DNA of 61,020 bases, the filler included, from Sphacelaria rigidula (lineage: Eukaryota): the NCBI GenBank assembly GCA_964200075.2. It is 9 parts of 9 records of this genome, joined end to end, with 100 filler letters (N's around TTAATTAATTAA, not from the genome) between each part and the next. Parts side by side here need not be neighbours in the genome. Positions count along the whole stretch, not along the records: positions 47,539 to 54,229 come from CAXNAA020018595.1; positions 54,330 to 61,020 come from CAXNAA020018596.1; 7 more parts are not named here. One strand, given 5' to 3'. How positions within the stretch are numbered: position 1 is the stretch's first letter; each line of letters begins with the position of its first letter. Positions 47,701 through 60,951 of the stretch are shown in pieces. Below the pieces are notes generated by a model, which saw only the letters and a list, made by a program, of their open reading frames with translations, was not told the origin of the DNA and did not search any database. A program made the translations under genes and the position numbers.

Positions 47701-49913
47701 GGACAACCTTTCGCAACCAGCTTAACCCAACTACAGCTACGGTCAAGAAATACATTCCACTACAGTCCAGTATAACTGAAAAACAATGTTCCGGTCTTCC
47801 ATGCCAAGATACAGAAGGCATGCAATATCATTGCATAAAACCCCAACGCCGCCCACTAGGACAGACGGTCCAAACGCGATAGCGCCAGCCGGAGTAATAC
47901 ACATCTCGCAACACGAAGTACGTCTGTGCAACGTTCAGGCATGACCAACCCGCAGTATAGAGGTGGTGTCGAGGAAACGAACAGCTCCAAGAGCAGGATG
48001 AGATTTGCCGTAAGATCACAGCCTGCAAAGTGACAGCCTGTATCGGATATGCCAAAGTAACGGCCCCCGCCTACGCTACACCAGGAGTATGTATAACGGC
48101 GGGGTACATGACATCCTCGTCGCCGTTATGGGATGATCAAACCGCAGTATGGTGCCGTATGAACGCGTACGACAGAGTACAGTAGCGTGCATGACATGAG
48201 TTTACCCTTGACATGGGCTGAAGATATCATGATCACACGCAGTACAGAGGAGTAGGTGAACACATCCCCACAGGGCCTGACGGTGACTGTCCGCGAATAC
48301 ACACAGTAGACGGGGGCATCAGTGAGGTAAATGTGCCGTCGGTGTCGCCTTTGTCATTGCAAATTTGGCGCAGGCTTGCTATGATGCGGTGCAAAGCATC
48401 TACTGGAGGTGCGGCGTGAAGATTGCTTCACGAACAGTCGACCGTGCACTCTGGCCGGGCTTAGAAAACACCGACGGGTCGAACAATTCGTCATACCCGT
48501 AAAATAGAGAACGTTCGAACCTTCTTTTCTTCCACGTTCCATTCGCACGGGCCTGAAAAACACGCTCTGGGCGAATCGTTTGCTCAAAGGCTGTAGAAAA
48601 AAACAGCCTTTACTTGCCCGAGAAAACGTCAAATATAAATCGTCAATTTTCCACCAACGGTTCCAAAAGGGTTGAATCGGCGTGAGGTTCCTCGCTCTTG
48701 TGCGATGAACTTTGACGTGCCGCGGTGAAACCGCAAACTACTTGATTTTCGTACCAAAACGGCGTTTTTGGACCTTCTTTGACGCGAACATGAAAATTTA
48801 GGCATCAGTTGGTCGAGTTTTGCGACGAAATTTCGTGGGGCCCGTCCTTGGGTTGTGCGGCGACAGCCCATTCACGAAAAAATGAAAAAAAAATAGTCGA
48901 GCCGGTTTTCCGGGGTCCCAGGATGAAGACTACCGCGAAAAACGACTTAGCGACTTGGGACCCGTCGGACTCCCGAAATACGATGAAAAACTGAATAAGT
49001 ATGAAAAAACCCGTCTATCGAAAGTTGCGCAATGATACATGGCATCTTTGTGCCAAGTTGCAGGATCTACCTCCTAATAACGGCGTGAAGGTTTGCGCGT
49101 TTGTGGAGGACGTGGGCTTGAAACGTACAACTCCCAACTACTTGGTTTTAGTATCGAATCAAGGCAAGAAACACTATATGAGGTTTTCGAGTTTCTCCAC
49201 CAAACTTTGTACATGTGTTCCTCCAAGTATCCCGGGACGCATCATTTTTTTGTTCTTCTTCTAGGGCATTCTGTACCGCATTTCGGGGGTCTTCATACTG
49301 GGACCCCCCGGAAGCCGGTAGAGAACGGAGAAATCATTAAATGTTGTCAAGAATACATTTTTTCCATTTGGAGCGTCTATACCTACGGAACTGCCGAGTT
49401 TGAGGACCATCTGAACTTTTCTACAACAGATATATGGGACACCGTCACGAGGCTCCCTGGGTCTTTCGTGCATATCATTAGCGGAAAATAGACGACGCCA
49501 ACACCCGACATGACCGAAACATCACGGTTTGGGGTATGATTCGACCCCCGTAGTAACGCTTTCAAAAAATGCTTTTTCGTTAGATTCCCGAGCCGATGGC
49601 AGTTACTACGATTTGAGGCATGTGGAGATTGGGTGAAAATTGGACTTGAACTCGTAATTTCGATCTCGGAACAATTTGACGGGTGCTGATTGGTCAATAT
49701 ACCTTTTCGCCCTTAGCGCCACCACTGTGTCCTTACACACAAATCCGACTATGTCACACTCTTCAGCTGTCCATGACGGTCAGTATGGTATCAATGTATG
49801 CGACTATTGGGTAGATATTGAGAAAGGCATTTGCTGGTGACACAATTTTGGGGAATGAGCATGAACCAGCCTGTAGGTCTTTCGTGCGTATCATCAGCAA
49901 AAATCCGACGACG

Positions 49914-51807
49914 TAGAGTTGTGAACTGGCTGCCTGTTTAACTGACCAGTTAGATTTAATTGGTACAACTGGGTAACTGATCGGTTTTGTAACCAGTTAA
50001 ACCAGTTATTTCACCCGACACATGTGTCAAACATTACTCCAAAGTGTTGTGTGTATATACGTGTTGTACTCAAGTATATATTTCTCTAGTACTGTCCTAC
50101 TACAATGACCGTGGGGACGCTGTTACAGAGGCAAGTACATGACCGCACAGCGCACACACCCAGACGTGGACATTGAGCGTTAAGCGTTCTGTGGTGGCTG
50201 GTCAATGTGATACCGAAGCATGCGGAAGAGCCGACATTTCTGTTGCATTATCCTGGGTGATGAAGTCACACTCAGTAACGTTACGAAGCTGTCGTTTTGC
50301 TAGTAATATCCGGCGCTTGGGTGGGTACACACGGAACGGTATGTATGCTGCGCTACTGTCTCATCGCTTCGTTTTTTGAATTCACGTAGCAGAGTTCAGT
50401 GATATTTCCTTCTCTCCTATACGTGTATATTTTTGTTCACCGATTACGTGCTCGAATTGCTGGCGCTACGAGCTGGGCCAGCCTAGACACGGATTTAAGC
50501 TCTCAAAGCAATATCCTGTCGACACGGACGAGTTGGGCCATGATCAGCGTATAGTATTAATCGTCCAACCAAGCGGAAGGTGCCCGTCTGCACAAATTTT
50601 GGGCCCATATTTTCTCGTTGATTAAACACCATGTCTAGTAATTCCTATACTCTGGGGAAATAGCGTCCATACCAGAATCTCTATGAAACCCCCGATTGAT
50701 GCATTCAGCAGATGACGACGAATTGTGGTGTAGACATTCCCTGGAGCACGGGGAGATGATAAGTACCCTTACCTTCACTTAATTCGTAATCTATCTCGAG
50801 ATATAGGGCACATAAGTTTCTATACTAAATCAGTACATTACGAGCAGATGCGCTAGATTAGCTAAACCTGGATGTCGCGTCTCAGTTTTCGAGAGTTATG
50901 CCATAGAATTTCGTATGGAGAACCGCTAGTGCATAGTGAAGCTTATAAAAACAGCTTTTTCAATTTTTTCGTTTTTTTTTTATTCATTTTTCGGGGTTTT
51001 GGGGCAGTTTTGAGGAGAAATGAACACTACTTTTGGGCCTTATCTCAATGTTTTAGCTCAATTTTTAGAATTGTAATTCGAAACTCAGGATAAAGAACCA
51101 CAGAGGTATGCTGAATAAAAAAAAAATGGCCCTCAGTTTTTTTTTTGAGGGGGGGGAGAGGTTCGGGCGTTCTCGTAAAACAATGGCGGTTTCCATACTA
51201 AAACGCCTTAATCCAGTGAAATAATAAGAGGAAATCAACCTGACCCACTTTGTTTCGTCAATTATGCCCCAGCCACGACCCACACAAAGTTTCAATACAC
51301 AAACACCAAACGTGGGCCGGTCAGTGGCCTGCAAAATACTGTTCTGAATTTCTTCTGACCCCGTCACTAAACGGCCCATTATACGGCCAATACTTCGAGT
51401 TGGACCCTGAAATTTGGTACAATGAAGAGGGCATTATAAAAACAATTACCAGTGCACACAAGTTTTTTTTTCATGAGTAACGGACAATAATCAGTTTTCA
51501 GATATTGGCCGTATAATAAGCCTGTAAACTACAGAATCGCTTCTCGGCTGGCCCAGCTCGTAGGCGACTAGAATTTACCGCGATCTTGAAAAGGTGTGAA
51601 GCCAAATGGCGTAATTTTTTTGCTTCCGGCGGGGCCCCCTCACCAGCTGAGGGGGGTGACTCCGCCGCGTTCGTTGCCTTGCCAGGTAATGCTGGCGAAG
51701 TCGCGGGGCGGCTTCGCCGCCAGTTATCCAGATTTAACTGATAACTGTAACTGGTTGTAATTTTTTGCACTCAGTTGATTGGTTAGCCAAGCCAGTTCAC
51801 AGCTCTA
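49914..51807. mobile_element. Non-autonomous hAT-like element, 8-bp TSD CGACGACG
   Basis: TIRs tagagttgtgaactggct / agccagttcacagctcta; TSD at 49906-49913 and 51808-51815; subterminal taactg/cagtta repeats; host repeat resumes after it. Confidence 0.9.
50469..51560. mobile_element. Tc1/mariner-like non-autonomous element nested in the hAT-like element (TIR CGAGCTGGGCCAGCC, TA TSD)
   Basis: ta|cgagctgggccagcc ... ggctggcccagctcg|ta; the same terminus occurs at 53978 (left), 10712 (right) and degraded at ~601. Confidence 0.85.
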
Positions 51808-53977
51808 CGACGACGTCAAATCCCTTCATCACCGAAATACCACGGTTTGGGGGAAACTCGTCCCCATAGACCGTTTTCAAATCTGCCTTTTCCCGTTAGG
51901 TTACCGAGCGGATGGTGACTACCACAGTGTGAACCATGTAGATATTATCAGTCGGTAAAAAATGGAGTGGGAATCCGTACTTGAAATTCAGAATATTTTC
52001 AAGGTCGCTGATTAGCCGAGTTACCTATCCGTTCCTTATTTCACCCCTGGCGCCACCCCTACGAGCTTGAACAAAACCCGGCTATGACACCCTCTTCAGG
52101 TGTCCACATGGCGGTCGGTATGATACCATGTATGCGACGATTGGTTAGGTACCGCGGAAGGCACTTATTGATTGACGAATTTTGGATCGAAAGCGTGGAC
52201 CAACCTGTACACTGCAGTGAAAACCCGAAGTTTAGCTTCACGTCTCCGCGTGCTCCGTACCGGCGAAGGTTCGCTGCACAGCGAACACTACCAGGGGGCG
52301 ACATGTGCTGACACGGGGGCTCGAGGTTCCGTATCCGCGTAAGAGGTGTCTGATAGCGAGTATTGTCCCGAAACGATAGCATCCCGACGATCAATTTCCC
52401 TCTGCCGTGTCGCCGCGTGAATTAACTCGAGAGCTGGAAATACTTGCGCAAAATGCATCTTTCCCTACGACTCGGGAGCGTGGGGGCCGAGCGATATAGC
52501 CCAGGATCCTACGCTGACTTCCTTTGGCACTAGAGTCCACGGTACGGGTTGCGCATTTGGGCCCAGATGTTCCGTCGTGGGGCTCCGAAAGTTAGGAGCA
52601 ACACGATAATATGGGTGGAGACATTGCCGTTTTAAAACCCATTCAAAATATCTAAATCCCTGGCTCATTGGAATGCTAATCGTGGCGTGCTCCCAAATAT
52701 TTGTCGAGTGGATTTGGGGATGAGATGAAGGACTCCTAGCATTTCAAACCTGAGAAATCTTTTGTGCACCCCCACCGTGGCATGGCCCAGCTGCGGGTGT
52801 CGACTACAGCAGTGTCTAACACGGCGAGTTCACACAGTTCCAGATCATGGCGTGAAATCCCAGCCTTTATCCGCGGCGGCAACTGTGTCGCGGGCGCCCC
52901 GCGGTATATATCCTTGACGAAGCACATACCACACCCCTCGACAATGACAATTGATAACATTGGCATAAGCTGTAAGGCGTACAGTAGTTAGGCCATTGTC
53001 CATTGCAATGGTACTGTGCACATTTCACTTCTTGCCAATATTATCAATTGTCGTCGTCCAGAGGTGTGATATACACCCGTCGACAGATCGGCCGCATTGC
53101 GACCATTTCTCCCCACTTCCACAAGAAAAGCCATGGCCCAATGATGAAAAATGTTCGCTTTTTTTTTCGCAATCGTCAACTCCGGATTGGTTCTCAGACT
53201 ATGTCTCAAAGCTTTCTCGAGCAGTGCCCACACTTTGAGCAAATGGCGACACTAGATCAACCGCCGGTGGCACGACCAGCGATCCTTCGACGCCGGTCGA
53301 TATCCGTCGTTTTTTTCTATTAATACTTTCAAAACCGAGCACCTGAGGGGAGAGCACGCCCATGAAATCATGAACCGGTGGTGCTGCCACAAGGGCTGCG
53401 AACGCCTACTTGCAGAACTGAAGCTATGGTGTCGAACACCGTGCGGAAACTTTTTGACATGAAGATAATTTCAAATCGGTGAATCGTTCTGCGGCATCCT
53501 TAAGCCTATTGGTCTCCTACTTCGCCCGCTACCTCCCGAACATCGGTGCGCACCTGAGGGCAAACGAAGCGAGTGCGTTCAACATTCGACATCCAGGCGA
53601 TTCAACCGACAGGGTGTGGGCCGTGTGCCTTCACGGGTGGTGGTGGTGGGGGGTAACTCCGGACAGTTGGAAAAAGAGCATCGTCGCGCTGAGTACTGCA
53701 CGCATGCGTGGCGTCGACATTACGAGAATAAGCGTATATCCATTCTGCTGACAGCCAACTAGCATAAACGACCACAAAGTGAACGACCGAGGGCTGCCTC
53801 TCCTGCCCAAACATTACGCAAACATACTTCGGGAGCATAATTAGCACAAACGCGCAGCTGGAGGCAAAGCTTCCGACATACACTGCTCAATTTTTGCGCA
53901 GGAGGTTACTACAAAAGGGAACCTGAAAGGCACTAAGGGCAGGTCGAGTAGGCGATGTGCTTTTGAATACTCGGGTA

Positions 53978-54229
53978 CGAGCTGGGCCAGCCTAGAGGCT
54001 GCATGAACGTTTGCAGGCGGATGCGCCGGCCAATATTTGGGAGTTAGACCCTGAAATTCGGTATGGATAATGCATGGGGCATAATAAAAAATCGTGAAGA
54101 AGCACATTGAGTTTTTTTTTCGTGAGATAGGGGCGTTTTGCTGAAACCTGAAAACTGATTATTGCCCTCAACTCACGAAAAAAAAAAAACCTCAATGTGC
54201 TTCTTCACGATTTTTTTATTATGCCCCAT
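53978..54229. mobile_element. Foldback member of the CGAGCTGGGCCAGCC family, truncated by contig end
   Basis: ta|cgagctgggccagcctag plus internal inverted repeat atggggcataataaaaaatcgtgaagaagcacattgag / ctcaatgtgcttcttcacgattttttattatgccccat. Confidence 0.75.
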
Positions 54230-56992
54230 NNNNNNNNNNNNNNNNNNNNNNNNNNNNNNNNNNNNNNNNNNNNTTAATTAATTAANNNNNNNNNNNNNNN
54301 NNNNNNNNNNNNNNNNNNNNNNNNNNNNNTGCTCGCCCTGTTCATTTTTTTCTTCAACGAGCGATGACTCGAGTGCTCGCCCTATTCATTTTTACGGCCA
54401 ACGAGCAGCCCAATGAGTGCGAGTGCCACGAGTCACACTCGTGCTCGTCCGAGGTATAAAAGAATTACAGCTGTCGCATACCAAACCTAGGTAACGTGTG
54501 TTCTGTTCGGCAGAGATCCGACCAGGCTATGACGTCTTCAGTATTCCTCATTATTCCTCCGCGTTTCTTTTTATTGTTTTTTGCCCACGGATTTCTGGTC
54601 GCTGGGACCTTCATTCACGGGCATAACAATACGCTATGCCTCTGAACAGTGCAGTGCAGTGTAGTGTAGTGAAGGCCTCATAGAAACGATGAATCCTCGT
54701 GTCATGAGCTTCAAATGAGATCCAGCAGTTGGGACGGCGCGAGTGCACGCTGTACATGTTGCCGAGGTTGGAGATTGCCTTATCTAAACCAGCTTCGAGG
54801 GTGAAGAGCAGGACAGCACGCCAAAACGACAGTTTTCGGCAGGTGTAGCAAATTGTGCTCGCTGTTATTGAAGAGCAAGTCTTCATGATCCTCGACTCAA
54901 CTCAAAAGTGGTGCTGTATAGGTACAGTCAGTAAATGTGGTCTCTCAGCCTTAGCCCCAATTCTTGTCTACAGACAGTACATGCACACCAACTCCATGGG
55001 GCACAGCACTCAGTTCGCCAGACGAACACTTCGAGGGTGGTGCAGACTCTTTTGTGCTGCCTGTTTAAAGCAAGGTCTTCCACGACCGTCCAATTCGGTG
55101 ATGACAGACTGTATCGTGGGCCATATGTATTGTAGTGCGATGCGTAGTTCTTGAGGCGCTTTCGAGTTATCCTTGATATGTATGTCGCTGCAGCGTGTTT
55201 TGTGGCAACAGTGTTGACACATGCTGTCTGTACTGTAGCAGCTGGCCCCAAGCCTTGGCGTGGTGCTGCTGACTCTGGGGACTTCTTCAATCATACACAA
55301 GGGATTCGAGAAACCGCCGTTCGTTGCGAGAGCATATCCCGCGCGTTTTATGAATCGTTCACAACCGCCGTACTGTCCGCGCCCCCGGCTGTAGAACTTC
55401 TGTGACCCTTGGGTACGTGGGCAACGGGCAACCTGTGGTTCCTGCCGAGAAATATACGCGGCTGTGGCTCCTCATTGTTTGAGGGTGAACCAGTACCAGG
55501 TACATGTGTCGTTCGCGGTACCATCTCGGCTTACCCTGCTTTTGTATGTCAGATCTCACACAGCACCGAGTGTATCATGTCGATATCAATTCTGCATGAG
55601 GCCTCGATTTGAGCGTACCACGTACGCTCAGTAGTATCCGTCAGTCAGAACTACACGGTCGTCGGTCATGCCGTTGTGGCAGACATGAATCGTACGCAAG
55701 CTCACCCCCCCCTCATAGCGTACCCAACGGTACAACATAGACAACGTTCGCTCACCACAGGTCCAAGCGTAGGACTAGTGTGTGACTCCCTTGCCATGGG
55801 AAGCGTGCGTTACGAAAGTAGTGTGCTATGGTCCGTGCGTCCGTCAACCGTCAACCGTGGACGGTGTTGTTTTGGCGTTGTCGAAATGATGTCGGGGCTT
55901 GACGAAGAGTCCCGTCAAAGTTGCACTTGGTACACGACGTTTCGCGGCTCGTGCTAGACTGGGAGATCTCCTGAAAGAGTTGGGACGCTACAGGCTACAG
56001 GCTTGACTAAGTGCTGTCGGCGTCGGTGAATATCGATCGGGGCATCTAACGTATCGACTTACCACGCAAGAAACATGATCGCCTCGACAAGATCCGAGAG
56101 CGTGCCCCCAGGTTGCCCTTGGGATCCAATCAACGGGCATGTGGGTAAAGTCAACGTCGAGTCGTTCCACCACGCGATTTATTCTGTTTCATTATGACGT
56201 ACATGGCCTGTGTTGTGCTATACATCTCGTCTTGATGCGTAGACCGCACGGAATAGCTGACCTCGACAACCACTCGAGGAGAGACTCGCTCCCACGAAAG
56301 GGAACTGAAAATACAACCCGGACGGCTTGTCCTTTGTTCCTTGGCTCTCTGTCGTCACTCCATGCACACCGCTGTAAGACTGCCTTTTCGTTCACCAGAG
56401 TTGGTGACGTCAATTCGACTCGATGCGATTCGACACGGCCCTGTCGTGGGGTTCTTTCATGACTGTGTAACACCAACCCCATCGTTGAATTATGATGGCT
56501 GAGAGCGAACAGTTGAGGGGAAGATTGCAGACCAAAGAATTGAAGAATCTGTCGCGACCAAAGGGGCAGACAGAATGGTGGGCCACGGAGCATGCATCAC
56601 CCAGTGCCACCAATAATTTGATTAATCTGACAGAAGAACCCTTTACCCCGTCATGAGATTCCCGTCGAGGCTGTTCTGATTTGCCCTTGTTGATGTTTCA
56701 CGCAACCAAGGATGAAAGAGACATGTCTCGAAGTGGTACCGAACATGAAAAGGTCAAGACTGAAACTATGCTGTACGATGAGGGTGCGACAGCAGCCCCA
56801 CCACTCGCTGTACATTTCAACGTCAATCCAACGTCTGTTTTTCAATGCAAGACTCGGGGGCAGCGCACGGTGCAAGAGTGCAAGTTGTTGAAATGTGGGA
56901 CGAATGCCGCTTGTAGTTTGGCGACACTCAATGGATTCCTCCCCACGTCCATGCTCCCCCCCCCCCCGCCCGCCCGCCCCTGTCTGTTATTC

Positions 56993-59277
56993 CCCAGCGC
57001 CTTCAACGGCACCGCCATCGCCAACCACGCCTGAACGTCTGCCGCTATGAAGATATCTTTTGAGGGTGAGATCGGCGCACAGCCCCCGATCGGCTTCTTG
57101 GATCTTCTCGGTCTGGTAGCAGACGGTGACCACGAGGGATTTGACCGCCTCCGGTATGTCGGGATCGAGCACGGCCGCATTGCTATGCTCGCCGTCTTGG
57201 GCCACATCGTCCAGCAAAACTACAGGCTTTCAGGTGAGGGAGAAACGAAAAAAAATACAACTTCGAGAGGAAGTACCGATTTGGCCCCTCTTTTTTCTTT
57301 CCAGCAGTGGCAGGAGCGAGTGAAGACTGATGATGCTGTTTGACGTGCTGAATCTGTTAGTGTCTCTTGCAAGGGCAAAAATAACCTCAAGCGACACTCC
57401 AAAATAGATGCGGGTTGGCGATTTCCAGCGGGGGTGTTCAGGAGGGGTACAAGTGACAGCTCGGGTAATCTCCTGACCCGCTCAAGCTGCTCACCCTGGT
57501 CCACTAGGGTGCGGATGTTTGGTCATATTCCGCAATCATGAATCAGGTGTTCCTTGGCCATACTCGGACGATTATTTACCCATCCCTCAATGGGTAAAGG
57601 CCTGCGTTGTTCTTCATGTTCGAGCGTTGCGTCAAACACTCGTGCAGCGTTCTCACTTTGGTCGAATGAGGAAATCGTACTGAGGCTTTTCACGATGGAA
57701 ACCGGGGTCTCCATGAAACAAGTCATGCGCCACTCTGTTTTGCGATGATCGTGTCTGATGACTGCTGATGTTGGTCATTGCTATCACCCCCTAAATACAG
57801 GGCTCATCTCCTTCAAGGAGAACCTGACGTTCGCGGATGTGCCCAACGAAATTGCTGCCTTTTCCAAGATCCCACCGCTCGGCACCCTGAAGATCATCTT
57901 GGCGACCGTCGTTCACGAGCTCTTTGTACTCAAGCAAGTCGAGGGTTACTTCCCCGGAGACATGGCCGTCGGTAACTTTGTAGCTGCGTAGCGGATGTGG
58001 CATTTTCGGCCACCTCTCAACTTGGCTAGTGGCTTGAAGGGGTTTATTTGGTGGTGGCAGACAACCGATCGAGAAATGCCACGAGCAGCTTTCCGTAACG
58101 AGCTGTGGTTTTCGTTGCTTTTTGGTTGCACTGTTCGTGTGGGGAAAGGAGTTGCTGACTGTCTCGTGCGATGTGCGCGTGGTGGATGACCAGAATGAAT
58201 GGTCATGTCAAAGGAGTTCGTGACTACTTTTTCGTTTTGTGTAAGGGAGTGATGTTGGCTGTCACTTGGCTCTTTCTCTATGTGCGCCACCGCACGTGCA
58301 GCATATGCTGTTTCTTGAGGGAGGTCATGAACCCAAAAGTATGCTGTCAGGTTTCACATGAAGCGCCGCTGTTGTCCTTGGAGGCCCTACGACCATACTG
58401 TTGCTACAGTCCCTTCCATTGGATGGAGAAAGAAAGCTCGACTGAGTGTAACATTCCCCGCCCCTCCCCCCTCTCAGGTGGACGCGGTGAAAAAAAGGAA
58501 ACTGTGATTTCGGGTGGGGGAGCCGGACCTGCCAAAAAGAAGAAATGATATATACCAGTAGTCGAGACGAGGAGGAAGTGGGGAAAAAACGATGGCTATA
58601 CTCGGAGATAGATGGTGGCCACAGAGGGCGAAACAGGACGGGGATAAGATGAGTTTACGGTTATTGTGTAATATATGGAAGAAACGTAATGAGCACCGAA
58701 ATGTTGGAGTGCCCTTATCAGGAGTAGGAACGGTGCTCCGTCTCGAAAGGGATGCGTGGTCAATGGGCAAACGACTAAGGCAAGCGACAAATGAGCAGCC
58801 CTGCCCCCCCCCCCCCCCCCCCCCTCCCCCCCCCCTCCCCTCCCCCTCCTCGCCGGCTTCCTCCAACAGGAAGTAACAAATGATAGNNNNNNNNNNGGGG
58901 CCCCATGTGTAAGGACGGGAGGGGTGGAGGAACAAAACACCGAGGAGAAAGAGAAACAGGGGCCCATCCCCCCCCCCCCCCCCCCCTTCCCCTGAAGTTA
59001 TCTGGGCCTCAGGAGCAGCTTATTCGACAAAATGAGTATAAAGGATGTTGGCTTTAAAAAAAACACCGTGGTTGGATTTGATGATGCAGGCGGTAGCCCT
59101 TTCGCATCGTCCTGGGATGCTATGTCTGAGGGGACCCAGGCCTCGAAGCGCGCGATCGAGCTCAACAACGGCTGTGTGGCGCAGACGGGCATCTTGGCCA
59201 CGATGGTTCACGAGAAGTTGTCCCACCAGCCCAACATCATCAACGACCTCGTCGGTGCTTCGTACGAGTTCAACTAA
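56993..59277 (+). pseudogene. Lhcf: Fucoxanthin-chlorophyll a/c binding protein (Lhcf) pseudogene; exons ~56993-57233, 57801-57971, 59090-59277
   Basis: PSAFNG..MKISFEGEIGAQPPIGF..RLRYVGIEHGRIAMLAVLGH / FADVPN..SKIPPLG / KRAIELNNG..GILA.MVHE; in-frame TGA at 57032-57034, no signal peptide, helix-1 E>G and helix-3 R>C. Confidence 0.9.
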
Positions 59278-60951
59278 ACGAGAGCCAAGGACTTGAGAGG
59301 AGCAAAGCAGAGATCGGAATACCAATGGGAAAAGCAAGCAAACCTCTCTCGTCAATCATGTGCTAATTTCGTCTGCTCCAATTGAGTAGTACCTGGTAGC
59401 ATTTTTTTCAGGGGGGGGCGGGGGGAGGGGGGGAAGACTCGTGCGGTAGGTATTCCTGTTCTCTTGTCAAATTTCCTCAGTCAGTCTTGTGTTGGGTAGC
59501 GGTTGGGACATGTAAGAAACATGCGTGAGGAGAACCTCAGCCATTTCGAAAACAGTCACGTTGTTTCAGCTCACGGTATTTGGTGATCGGATTCCTAGGA
59601 GGATGATACCCGGCTTTTCGGTGTCCACGTTTTCCCCTGACCTGCAGCATCGGGAGGATATGGATGGTCGAACTCGACGCGTGTTTTGTTTGGACAGCTA
59701 AGCTGCGCTCTTGACTTCCGTGTCGTAGTCGATACGCTCACATTCTTGGTGGCAAGTCAGCTGCCCCTTTTTGTGTTGCAGTGCGCAAATCTGAGAGGGT
59801 GCGTCAAGTCCGTTTTGTCTTTTTTTTCCTGTCCTCGCGCTCTTTGGGCGCTTTTCAACATAAAGCTTATAATTACATGTCGATGTGCAGTGTGATGGAG
59901 AGGACGAAAGACGGAGGTCTTTCCCACCAATTTGAAGCATGCTCCGCTTCCTACTCTGTTGCGCCATTGTGGTGGTGTATCCTGGACATCATCACGGGTG
60001 TCATGCTATCCCTGCACGTGGCGATGGATGTTCAAGACGGACGGGAAAAGAGTGAGCCACCGGAATGTCAGTGCTCACTATCATAATTCGGTCAACATAT
60101 GTGGGTGTTGACCCACGGAGGGCTAGAAACAGTGTTTTCGTGGGATTGAGAGTAGAGGATACGATTGAGAGTGAAAAGCGGTCAATTAGTGAATGAATCA
60201 TTTCAGTTCCGAAATGCCCCTCCACGAGCCCCAATATGCTTTCTGTAGTAGCTTGCCATTGAGGCCCTTAATATCCCTGAGTGGGATATCGACGTGTAAC
60301 TGTCAGCTCACGCAAGTGATGGAGGCAAGGAAAGCACACACGAAATGAAAAATTGACTAAGTTCAAGCGAGTCATCAAGGCCACTCTCAATCACCGCTCT
60401 ACTCTCAAGCTCACGAATACGTTGTCTAGAGTGGTCCAGTAGTAATCGTCGGATCATTCGTCGCACTCCATGGTGTGAAGAGACGGTCGCCCCGGCGGTA
60501 CAGTTGACAACGTGGAAGTCCTTGTGGCGATTGGACCGTGAGTTCGATCACCGGGGGAGGCACACACAGTTTTTTTCTCAACAGTCTGACCAACAGACGG
60601 TGCGAAACCATCATTTCGCTAGTGAACGAGATACGATTGAATTATCGACGGAGCGAAGGGATAATCGAACCCATTTTACGATGGAAATGAAGTCAAACAA
60701 GGGAAAAGGGCGGAGAAAAAACCCCTGTGTGACCTTCTTGCGTGGCCCCGGCTGGTGCGCCATCATATGCTGGAAAGTGCAGGCGTCCAAAATGGAAGAA
60801 ACGGGACAGAAGTATACTCTCGATACACGCTCGGACCTGCAGGTCCAGTAACTGGCTACTGTACTGCTTCTGGTGCGACCCTCTGTTCTGCTCTCAACCA
60901 ATCTTGTCTTGTCATCGACGGGTATTGTAGAATATATGGGGAGTAACGGGA

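Larger units (their letters stand above)
6693..54329. other. Eight artificial 100-nt contig linkers (N44-TTAATTAATTAA-N44) at 6693-6792, 13484-13583, 20275-20374, 27066-27165, 33857-33956, 40648-40747, 47439-47538, 54230-54329
   Basis: Identical six-frame-stop linkers spaced exactly 6791 bp apart; segments are 6692 bp then 8 x 6691 bp, as expected for size-sorted unplaced contigs. Confidence 0.97.
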
